Shown here: positions 38,626 through 50,310 of the stretch, piece after piece
Layout: every line of letters starts with the position of its first letter
Numbering within the stretch: position 1 is the stretch's first letter
Assembly (NCBI RefSeq): GCF_009914755.1
Contig: NC_060945.1
DNA: 64,000 nucleotides
Source: the human T2T-CHM13v2.0 reference genome, Homo sapiens
Strand: one strand, 5' to 3'
Notes under the pieces: model-generated
Database searches by the model: none
The model's input: only the letters and a program-made list of their open reading frames with translations
Told to the model about the DNA's origin: nothing
Translations under genes and position numbers: made by a program

Positions 38626-39934
38626 GGGGATCTGAACTCCTGTTCCCAGGGGGAAGACAGCAGGAAGCCAATACACACACACACTGTGGGCAGAGAGAAA
38701 CCAAGTGGCAGAGGGGAGAGAGACAAGAGGGGCCGCCCCCGCCGAGCAGGGCCTGGTTGGGGGAGGAGCCACTCGGGGCCCTGGGCGGAGACAGAAGGGG
38801 CAGCAGGTGCGAAGCTGGCAGGTTCAGCCCGGGCCAGGGGAGCCGAGAGAGGTGCGGCGAGGGGCAGGGAGGCAGGAAACAGTGTGCCAGGCCCCTGGGC
38901 CTTGAGAGGGGTTAGGGTTGAACTCTGAGTGCAACAAGAGGCCCAGGAAGTTTCCAGCACGGAGGCAGACAGGACCTAGTGTGACAGCGAGGCTCCCATA
39001 GTGCCGTGCGCCAGCTAGCATTATAAGGACTTTGCATTTATTAACTATTCTTATTTCAATGTACGGAAAAGGCTGAGGCCAGACGCACAGGCAGCTGCGC
39101 CAGGCTGGGACTCCCCACTGGCAGCCACCATGGGGCTCTGGAAGCCCCTCCTGTGCTGAATGGAGAGCCCCAGGATCTTTGCTCATCTCAATCTTTGTCA
39201 ATTCTTCCGACACCCCTCACAAATGTGAGTGGTTGGTCTAAGCTGGTCACAGTGGGAGAACCCCTGGCTTTGGGGATTGGCTCACGGTGGTCCAATCAGC
39301 ACAAAGCCCTGTTGCGGTCACAGCCACCCCAAGATGGGAGGGGCAGCGTGGGCAGAGGGTGGAAATGGCCCCCCATCTCAACCATCCCACAGCCCTGGAT
39401 CAGCCATGCCTGAAGCCCCTGCTGCCCTGAGCTGCCCAGCTCTGGGAGCAGTGAAGGTTCTGGGAGCCAGTGAAGGTTTTGAGGGGTGGGCAGTGTGAGA
39501 AGAGGCTCCTGTTCGTTGCACCTGGAGCATCCTGAAGGTAGCAGGAAGGTTGTAGAACCGGGATGGGGCCACAAGACAGGAGGAAAGGAAAAGCAGGGGA
39601 GGGGAGGGGCAGGGCAGGGGAAAGGGGGCCGTGGAGGTGCTCGGGGGGCATCAGGAGCAGAATCCACACCTTGTCACCCCCACAGCCCCCACCTCTGCAG
39701 ATCTCCAAGGCTTGAGGAGCCCCTCACACTCACTGAATGAGCCCTGAGGACCCCTGACGGGGCCTCCAGACTCAGAGTCCTGTTTGTGGGGCCACGGCCC
39801 AGCCTGCCCTTGCTAAGTAACTCTGAACTCGATTTAGACACTGGGGAAGGATTCTGAATTCAGTCCAGCGTGAATGCAGCCGTGAGGCCAGGGTGAGGCG
39901 GCCCTCACGGTGGTGATTGCCTAGAAGTTTCTTA

Positions 39935-40120
39935 TGAAGCAGCACACACATAGTGTGACCGTCTATATGGGACTCAAAACAGGCAGAGACACCCGTGGAG
40001 ACAGAGGTTAGAGCCACAGCCACGTGGCCAGGGTGGTGTGGACCTGTTTCTGGATCTGCCGCTTTAAAGTGTGTGTTTGGTTCGTGAACACTTGCTGGGG
40101 GTCCACTTACGCTTTGTGAA
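39935..40120 (+). mobile_element. L1ME-like 3' fragment
   Basis: CATAGTGTGA..CTCAAAACAGGCAGA..GTGGAGACAGAGGTTAGA, GTTTCTGGATCTG. Confidence 0.5.
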
Positions 40121-41209
40121 ACTGGGCTGGGAACCTCACCTTGTAGAAGCTGCTGGAAGCAGAACACAGCATCCCTATGAGGGGGTGTGCAACTTTTAGG
40201 GGGCTGTGTCCCACAGCACAATGGGTAACTCATTTGTTTGAAAGCTGTAAGGCAAAACACATTTTTTTCTTTGCCTTTTTGTTGGTAGTCTGCATAAACT
40301 CAGCTGTTTTCTAGAAGTCAGCAAATAGCCATCCGTTTCCCTCCATGATGCCAAGGGGCCAGATGTTCGGGGAATTGCCCAGCAGACGTGGCTGCACCCC
40401 TCTGAGAGCCAGCCCAACCCAGCTCCGGCCTTGGTGGCTCCTGGTGGAAAAGCCTCTGCCCCCAAGCGTCCCCTTGGTCCAGGAGAAAGGCGGAGGCAGC
40501 CCGGCTGCTCATGCCAGCACAGCCTCCATCAAATTAAACATTCTATCCATTTACTTGATGGATGTTTGACCAGAGGAATCCAAAATTTAAATGTAAGCAG
40601 TGAGCCTGCTTTAAAGTGAATGGCTCATTAGGAAACAAAGCATCCCATGAGATCAATACTTGGCTTCTGAGCTCTGCTTTTCTGAAGGGATCGCTAAACG
40701 CCAGCAGGCAGGAGCAGCCAGGAGCTCCAATACCTTGGAGGGGGCGTTGAGCAGGCATCTGCACCAGCTAGGTTTTGGGGTGACTGCACCCCTTGAGTTG
40801 TGCGGCTGGGTGTCTTCTGGTGACGGACAAGCATGCTTCTCACTGTGGGAGCTGTCACCATCGCACACACCAGGCCCTGTTGAGACGTCAGGGCAGTAAC
40901 AGGGAAGCTTCCTCAGGCTCAGAAGGAACAGATGGGCCCTGTCGGGGAGTCGGGGAGTCAGGGAGCCGAGGCCAGCCATGGAAGTCCTCAGCCAGGGAGG
41001 GTCCACATCTGGGGGAATCATGCCCAGGTGTGAGGCCCTGGGCTGGACAACAGCAGAGACAGGATGACCCAGGGGTGGTCTGCTGGTCCTGGCCCTCGTC
41101 CCCTGCTGGGAGGATGTCCAGTTAGGCCTGGAGCAGTGCCAGACCGTCCACCGCAGCCAGTGGGGGCTGCTGACGAGGATGCCTCCGATGTGTTTATCCA
41201 CAGTGTCAC

Positions 41210-41545
41210 TTCCTTTTTATTATAAAGGGAATGTGTTTCCTTTTGGGAACTTGAGAAAATACAGATTGGCAAAATGAGGACAATGCAAATCGATCGTATT
41301 CCAGCCACTCAGATACAATGACTGTTGGTGTTTATTCCACTGCGTGACATTTCATCTGGACATGGGGCCCCACTGTTGGTGTCCATCACTGTGCACCATC
41401 CTTGTGACCGGATGCTCCACGTTCCCTGCGTGCACACACTACAAAGCCCAGCCCGCTTTGTAGACATTTGGTTATTTCCAGATTCTCACTATTGTGAATA
41501 ACACAGCAATGAATACTGTGGTGACCTTATGTCGTTCATCTGCCT
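41210..41545 (-). mobile_element. L1ME-like 3' fragment
   Basis: GACATTTGGTTATTTCCAG..CTATTGTGAATAACACAGCAATGAATA. Confidence 0.62.
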
Positions 41546-41839
41546 AATGTCTATTTGGGGACCCTCCCCCAACTCTTGGCTTGGTTGGGGCTGGTCCCAC
41601 TCCCAGCTCCAGGTGTGGGTGAGTCAGGCTGGGCTAGTCAGAGCCTCTCACCCTCCTAGTCACAGAAATGGGGTTGGGGATGGTTGCGTGGCCTGAGCCA
41701 AACCCATCAGAGCCCTCCCAGGGCTTCTGCCGAAATGCAGGGAAGGAGACACCCTCTGTTACTGGAGCTTGCTGGCCCCCGAGGGGACCTCTGGCCCACC
41801 ATGGGGGAGAGCCAAGCTGGAAAGTATCAGGGCTGTAAG

Positions 41840-41912
41840 AGACTTGAGTGGATAGGACTTGAGTGGACAGGACCTGAGTGGACAGGACCTGAGTGGACAG
41901 GACTTGAGTGGG
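41840..41912 (+). repeat. 15-bp tandem repeat GGACTTGAGTGGACA, about 5 copies
   Basis: Visible. Confidence 0.88.
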
Positions 41913-41924
41913 CAGCTCTCCAGG

Positions 41925-42388
41925 GGAGACGTGGAGATGGCCAGTTGGCACATGTAAAGATGCTCAGCACCTGTAATCACCAGGGGAGTGCAGGGAAAAG
42001 TTACACCCATTAGGATGGCTACTATTAAAAAAAAAAACAAAACAGAAAATGACAAGTGTGAGGATGTGGAGAGACTGAAACCCTTGCGCTCTGCTGGCGG
42101 AGTGTAAGATGGTGCAGCCGCTATGGAAACCAGTATGGCGGTTCCTCAGAAAATTAAAAATAGAATTACCATAGGAGCCAGCAACCCCCTTGTGGGTCTA
42201 TACCCAGAAGAATTGCGGGTCTGGAAAAGACCTTTGTAGCCCATGTTCACAGCCGCGTTGTTCACGTTGGCTAAACGCCGGAGCAGCGGCGCCTCCAGGG
42301 AGGGTGGATGGGTGAACACGATGTGGGCCCCACGACAGCAGGACCGATGCAGCCTTTGAAGGAAGGGAATTGGGACGCAGCTGCCAGG
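41925..42388 (+). mobile_element. L1MA/MB-type ORF2 3' fragment grading into the CpG island
   Basis: TAGGATGGCTACTATTAAAAA, GAGGATGTGGAGA, GGTGCAGCCGCTATGGAAA..TATGGCGGTTCCTCA..TTAAAAATAGAATTACCATA. Confidence 0.9.
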
Positions 42389-43720
42389 GGTAAGCGTCGG
42401 GCCACGAAGGCCACGGGCCTGGGTCTCGCGTGGGGCCTTCATTGGGAGGAACAGCGAAGAGGCCACCCCCGCCCTCAGCCGTTCGTGCACTTGGTCCAGG
42501 CGGGACCCGGCAGGACCCCCAGCAGCCCCGGGAAGCGCCCGGACGACGGCACGGGGGCCCCAGGGCGCCGCGAAGGAAGCCCCCCGAGGGCGAGGCCGGG
42601 CGAGGCCAGGGGGCCGGGGCCAGAGGCGGTCGCGGCGGGGGTGGGTGTCCTGGAGCAGGAGCGGCAGCGGGAAACGAAGACACGCGCTTCTTCCTACTGG
42701 GGGGATGGCTGGGAAGTAAGACCGGCCGGGCCGCCGAGCCCGCTGCGAGGGGCTTCGCGTGGCGGCCGCACCTGAGCCCGAGCGCGCCCTTGAGAGGCGG
42801 CGCCCACGGGGGCAGAGACCCACGGTCCACGCGCAGACCCGGAGAACCCGCGATGTCGCCGCACGCAGCGCCGCTGTGAAGGACGGAGGCGGGGCGGGGC
42901 CCTGGGACAGGGAGCGGGTGGGGGCGGGGTGGGGGGGGACGGGACGGGGACAGGGAGCGGGTGGGGGCGGGGTGGGGGGGGGACGGGGCGGGGTGGGGGG
43001 GGACCGGACGGGGACAGGGAGCGGGTGGGGGCGGGGACGGGGGGCTCGGGGCCGGGTGGGGGGAGGGCCCGTCCGGGGCTGCGCGGGAAGCCCTGGGTTG
43101 GCCTTGGTGCTCTGTGATGCCCACGCTGGGTGCAAATGTTGCTTTGGTAAAAATAACAACAACGAAAGGAAAAGCCAAGCCGGACCAGCCCCACCCGCAG
43201 GGCCCCGGCCCCGGCCCCGGCCCCGCCCTTGGACTCTTCCCCGCCCCACCCCCACCCGTGGGCGAGCGAGCCCGGACCGTGAAGGGAGGGGGCGGGGCGG
43301 GGGCCCGGAGGGGCGGGGAGGGGCCGGGTCCTCCCGCGCGGGGTCCTGGAGGTCGCGGCACGCGCTCCCTGCAGGCGACCCTGGGGCGCGTCTGTCCCAG
43401 GCCCGGGCAGGACCCCCGCCCGCTGGTTGTCTGCGCGGCTGCCCCGCGCCCGCCGCCCCCGGCCGCTGTCGCGCGTTCCCAGACATTCTTTGGGCCCAAG
43501 GCTCCGGGCGTTCTGGCGGCGGCGCTGGGAAGAGGCCGGGCGCCGGCTCCCACAGCCGGGCCCTGTCCCGCTGGGCGCGGGCGATGCCATTCGTCACGCT
43601 CTATTATTGTAGGCAGCGCACCCCGGGGCTCGGTTCCCACACTGCGCCTGAGGCCTGGGGCCTGAGCGTGGGCCGCACCCGCCGACCTGGGGGGCCCTGG
43701 AGGGAGCGGCTCGGAGGGGC
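42230..43720. promoter_or_regulatory. CpG island (about 1.5 kb), probable promoter or enhancer; no linked gene recognised
   Basis: Very high GC and dense CpG, multiple GGGGCGGGG boxes, G-run arrays, short AT-rich cores at 43131-43175 and 43588-43611. Confidence 0.88.
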
Positions 43721-44949
43721 GCCGGTGCCTGGGCAGGTGGATCTGGGAAAGATGCCACTGTTCCTGCCACGTCACTGCTGGCTGCAGGGTCCTGAGGTGG
43801 TGGCGGTGGTCCGTGGCCTGTGTCAGCTGTCATGTGCCGGCTGCAGGGGGCGGACAGGCCAAGGGACCCACCCCGACTTTACGATTAGAGTGTTGGGCCA
43901 AGGGTTTCTCTGGTTAAAGACCTGATGACCCTCCCATTGACAGCCACGGCCCAGCCAAGACCAGCACTACGCATCCCCTGGGCACACACCCCGGTGTCAG
44001 GACTCACCATGTGAGATCTAACCTGGCGGGCGCTATTTCCAGCCACACTGGAGGTCGGAGTCCAGACTCAGTTTCCTCACCTGGGAGACCGCATGGTAGC
44101 ACCCTCTCCAGAGGTGTCTGCATGGCGCTCCGAGAAGGGCCTGGCACCCCTGTCTATGGAAGCATGTTTAAGTTCTCCCATCCACACACAGAATGCCGCT
44201 GCCTCTGCTGCCACAGTCGCATGACACAAACCACAGTTACGGGACCTGGACTCTGGAGAAACGCAGAGAACCCACGGGGCCTGGCCCTCCGCCCTCACGA
44301 GCTCCACAAGGACTCAGCGGTGACCTGTGTGAGTGAGAGTGTGTGGTCCCATCGGGACAAAGGGAGCCACGTGGCCCACTCTTGGGCTGGAAGACAGGAA
44401 AGTAGAACTGTTTTCCCCCAAAAGTGAGCAGGGCAGCCACCTGCCTGGCAACACGGGTTCCCCACACTGGGAAAACTGAGGTCAATCAGTTCGACCTGTA
44501 CCTGTGCCACAGCCACTGTCTCTGCAGACCCATGGGTGCGACCTGAACACTAGGAACAGGCCTGTGCCCTGCTCCCCAGTGGAGGTGTCTGCTCCCGCCT
44601 GTGCACACTCAGGGTCAGTTGTCATGGGGGCCATCTGATCACTGCTGCTCCTTAGCAGCCAGGACAAGCCCAGGGACGCTGCACACTGCCAAGCCCACTT
44701 CATGCAAGTCCTGGCCGGAAGTCCATGCGATTCATGCAGAATTATGTCCCCACCCCCACCCCTCCCGCAGCCTCCACAGAGCCTGACCTGAGCTGTGGGC
44801 GGTCACTGGGGAGCAGTGACCAGAAGGCACATGGTCTATGCCCAGTGAGACCCCAGCCACTGCCTGCCTTCTCTTTCCGGCGGGTCCTGGGACCACCTCC
44901 CAGATAGATGACTTACACTCAAATCCTGGACTTGAGATCTAGTTCTGAA

Positions 44950-45312
44950 GAAACCAAACCAAGATGGGCAAAACGTCCACAAAAAGAGAAACACGAATAG
45001 CCAACAACGACATGAAAAATGTTTAGGAATCTAAGAGAGACAAATTCTAAGGGGAGATCGTATTTCACCCTCCAGACTGACGACCTTCAGTGGCGTGGTA
45101 AGAAAGCCAGGCGTGGCGAGGCCAGCAGCACAGGATGTCCGCGCCTGACCCTCCCACGACCCTTCGGGAAGTCTTTTGGGCAATATGAACTGAGGTCATC
45201 AGAAACATGCGTTTCTGCATCTCAGCAATTTCACTGTGATGATTTACCCCAAGGAACTAATTGGATAATCGTGCAAAGAGATTCAGGTGTGTATAAGATA
45301 CTCAATGCAGGG
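44950..45312 (+). mobile_element. L1ME-like ORF2 3' fragment
   Basis: CACAAAAGAGAAACAC..ATAGCCAACA..CATGAAAAATGTT, CAGCAATTTCACT..ATTTACCCCAAGGAA. Confidence 0.65.
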
Positions 45313-47299
45313 CAAGGGCCAGGGCCAGGGATGGCTCTATCAGCAACGGGGGAAGAGGGCCAGGCCGAGGGAACATCGGGAGGCCAGTGCCAGCGGGAAC
45401 CCGTGTCCCTGTGCCTCACAGCCCCTCCCCAGACTGTCCAGCCAGTCCAGGAATCTCCCAGTCCCCCGTGATCCTGGCCATACTCCCCTGGGAGTAGCAG
45501 GAAGGTGGCCGAAAAACACAAAGCCACAGCCAACTCCCTGCACCAGCTGAGGTCCAGTGATCTCGGACACACAGGGCACTGAGAACGTGGGCTGGACGGA
45601 CACGTGGCCAGCTAGGCCCAGGACAGCCCGGACATGCTGCCCTCTTGGGTCTGATTCTCCTCCCTGGGACTTCAGGGTAAATAAGAGGCCAGAGGCCCTC
45701 TCTCCACTGGGATCGCCTGGCGGAGGGGCCACGGCCCTGGGGCTGGTGGGACCACAAGTGAGGCTGGCAGGGAGCCTGTAAAGTGAGCAGGACGAGAATC
45801 CTCTCCACAGAACGGTGACGGGCAATAAGGATGCTAATGTGGCAAAAGCTCTCCATAAACAGTAAGCGCTGAGTGTGCAGAAATAATTTTATTTTTATCA
45901 TCGCGTGTCCTGCTGTGCTGATCATCTGACTGCACGTTGAGACTGTGCTTTTCCGATCTCTCAGGTAGGGTGGCCCTACCAGGATCACTAACCCATGAGC
46001 AGGACAGGTGTGCAAGAGACCCCTGCTCACTCCAGTCCCCGCTCAGAGAACCATGGCCCCAGCAGGGTGCACGTGGCCTGCCCTTTGATCTAGTTGTCTT
46101 GGCCGATGACACAAGGTCATCATTCCTCAGCACTGGGTTGCCGCGGGAACAGAGAGGCCAAGGCCAGGCGAGTGTCCGTCCTGTCCAGTGGGATCCTTGC
46201 AGCGACCGGTGGAGCCTGTCAGAGCCCTGGGGCCAGGCCACCCAAACGCTGTGAGGTGGGGACAATGATAGAAGGGCCAGCACAGCACTCACTAAGAGAC
46301 AATTGTAGTTCGTACATTTATAAAGAAAAGCCGGCCTCACACTGTGCACCCACCCCGTGACAAGACGCTTTTTCGTTTATGTCATGTAGCCATCGTGCAG
46401 AGCGTTTCTCCCGGGGCCTCGGGATGGGGCATCGTTGATTTCACCAGAGCCCCCGCACCCCATGTAAGGGGGCAGAAGGCCATGTGTAAGGGGGCAGAGG
46501 CCTTTTCCTGCCTCCACCTACCACACCCCAGGTCCCAGTGGGGAGCCCTCCCAGCACCAGGGGTCTTACACACACACAGAGGACTTCTATTTATGGCAGA
46601 TCAGGGAACTTGGTTCCCTTCCCATCACTCCCACTGGAAGCAGAAAGTGCTGAGTGAAACACAAAACACACACAGTGTTTTCTCAGACACACGAGTGAGC
46701 TGGCAGGTGAGAAATGAACTCAGAAGCTGTAGCTGGCGCGTGGGCAGGAACCTGGAGGGCTGAGGGGAGCTCTGGGCTGGCTGGGCCTGCGAGGGCATTT
46801 ATTGGATTACAAACGTGAACTTGAGCTTGGCCTGGAGGCCCGGGTGGAAGACGGCACAGCTCAGGGCGGACTGAAGAAGGGCAGTCTGGAGGGAGACCCT
46901 GTCCACATAAAGAACCACAAGAGGCTGGGCTAGAACAGCATTCTCTGGCCCCCACCCCTGGGCACTATCCCTGATTTGGGCACGGAGTGGAGGAGAAACC
47001 CTCTCCCTAAAGATTTGTGACCACAAGCTGGCACTCATGAGGTCAGCCCCCAAAAGTCACACAACCTGGGGGTCCAAAGCCCAGGATTTAATGTGAGTTG
47101 GTTTGAGACTGGTCAGGATTGCAGCAAACACAAGTTCTCTGTGGGAGAAACCAGGTCAACCCACACCTCAAGGCATTGCCGCACACATGTGGACCCATCG
47201 CGGAAACTCACAAAGCACACCAGGACTCAAGGCACATGGCGAGCTGGAAGCACACAGGCAGCAGAGCGTGGCTCACAGATCCTGCAGCTGTGGGATTTC

Positions 47300-47960
<661 letters not shown>

Positions 47961-48278
47961 AAGAAAGTGGCAAATATGTACAGCTAAACCCTATAAAGCA
48001 GACAATATGAAACAACACATGGACTGTCTAATGGGGCTAAGACAATAAAGATAAAACAAAATACAACACACAAGCGTGCATGGAGCAGGGGAGACTGACT
48101 TTAGACTGGAAGGGTCAGTAGGCAGTGAAATGACCAAGAAGACAGGAAGGGCAGGACACATAACTTTCACACTCATTCAGGGGAAGGAATGAGGGAAGTG
48201 TGATTTATTCAAAGAAAGCAAGAAAGGAGAGAAAAAAGGAAAAGAGAAGGTGAGATGACTATACGGTATAAAACAGAC

Positions 48279-48603
<325 letters not shown>

Positions 48604-48662
48604 TCATATCTTAGTGGTGAAGTCTTGGAAGCATTCCCCCTTTTTAATTCTCATTTGATTAC

Positions 48663-49860
48663 TTTTTTTTTCTTCAACTTTTATTTTAAGTTCTGGGTAC
48701 ATTTGCAGGATGTACAGGTTTGTTACATAGGCAAATGTGTGCCATGGTGGTTTACTGCACCTATCAATCCATCACCTAGGTATTAAGCCCAGCATGTGTT
48801 AGCTATTCTTCCTGATGCTCTCTCTCCCCTCATCCCGCCACCAACAGGACCCCATGTGTGTTGTTCCCCCGATGTGTCCATGTGTTCTCATCATTCAGCT
48901 CCCACATATAAATGAGAACATGTGGTGTTTGGTTTTCTGTTCCTGCATTAGCTTGCTGAGGATAATGGCTTCCAGCTCCATCCATGTGCCTGCAAAGGAC
49001 ATGATCTCTTTCCTTTTTATGGCTGCATAGTATTCCATGGTGTATATGGATGACGTTTTCCTTATCCAGTCTATCATGGATGAGCATTCAAGTTGATTCC
49101 ATGTCTTTGCTATTGTGAATAGTGCTGGGTCAATTGGTGCTTCTGCCTGTAGGTCTTCAAGGAATCGCCACACTGTCTTCCACAATGGTTGAACTAATTT
49201 ACACCCCACCAACAGTGTAAAAGCGTTCCTATTTCTCCACAACCTCATCAGCATCTGTTGTTTTTTGACTTTTTAGTAATAGCCATTCTGACTGGTGTCA
49301 GATGGTATCTCGTTGTGGTTTTGATTTCTCTAATGATCAGTGATGTTGAGCTTTTTTTGTGTGTGTTTGTTGGCCCCGCATGTATGTCTTCTTTTGAGAA
49401 GCATCTCTTCATGTCCTTTGCCCACTTTTTAATGGGATTGTTTTGTTTTTTCTCATAAATTTGTATAAGTTCCTTTTAGACTCTGGATATTAGACATTTG
49501 TCAGATGGATAGATTGCAAAAATTTTCTCCCCTTCTGTAAGTTGTCTTTTCACTCTGATGATAGTGTCTTTTGTTGTGCAGAAGCTCTTTAGTTAGATCC
49601 CATTTGTCAATTTTTTTCTTTTGTTGCCATTGCTTTTGGCATTTTCATCATGAAATCTTTGCCTGTGCCTATGTCCTGAATGGCATCGCCTAGATTTTCT
49701 TCTAGGGTTTTTATAGTTTTGGGTTTTACATGTAAGTCTTTAATCCATCTCAAGTTAATTTTTGTATATGGTGTAAGGAAAGGATCCAGTTTCAATTTTC
49801 TGCATATGGCTAGCCAGTTCTCCCAGCACCATTTGTTAAATAGGGACTCTTTTCCCCATT
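48663..49860 (-). mobile_element. 5'-truncated L1PA (about L1PA8-13), 1.2 kb 3' end
   Basis: CAACTTTTATTTTAAGTTC..GTTTGTTACATAGG..GTGCCATGGTGGTTT; ORF2 C-terminal remnants in the ORF track ([43 protein letters not shown]); TSD GAAGCATTCCCC at 48628-48639 and 49862-49873. Confidence 0.95.
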
Positions 49861-50019
49861 AGAAGCATTCCCCTTAAGATCAGGAGCAAGGCAGGGTGCC
49901 CACTGTCATCATTCTAGTCCACACTGTACAAGGCCTAGGAAAGGGTCACAGGAAAGACAAGAAAAAGAAATGAAAGGGGCTTAAAAAGATAGAGTGTCCA
50001 TTTCTAGATAGAATGTCAA

Positions 50020-50310
50020 CACACCAGGGCTGGGATCAGGGGCTCCACCCTCTTATCCTGCTGTGCAGTCGTCCTCAATATGTGGTTGCTAACTCCTAGT
50101 CTAGGATGGCCGCCCATGTGCCAGCCATCATGCTTGTCTTCCAGCCAACCGTAGAGAGGTAAATGAAAAGGAGGTATACCTCCTTCTCCCTGTTAGGACA
50201 TTACTAGTGAGGCCTAGACCACTTTTACTTCCATCCCACTAGCCAGAGTATAATTGTATTGTTGGAGTTAGAATCCATCGTTTCTGGATGGCCCAAGTCC
50301 TTAACAAACG
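50020..50310 (-). mobile_element. Old MaLR LTR (MLT1J/K-like)
   Basis: AGGATGGCCGCC..CCAGCCATCATG..TTCCAGCCA, CATCCCACTAGCCAGA. Confidence 0.55.

Noticed and set aside
42146-43925. 388-525 aa ORFs across the CpG island on both strands
   Set aside because: Expected at this GC content; Pro/Gly/Arg/Ala low complexity, no recognisable domain, and partly running into L1 sequence
48815-49862. ORFs with L1 ORF2 similarity
   Set aside because: Broken remnants of a truncated L1PA, not a gene
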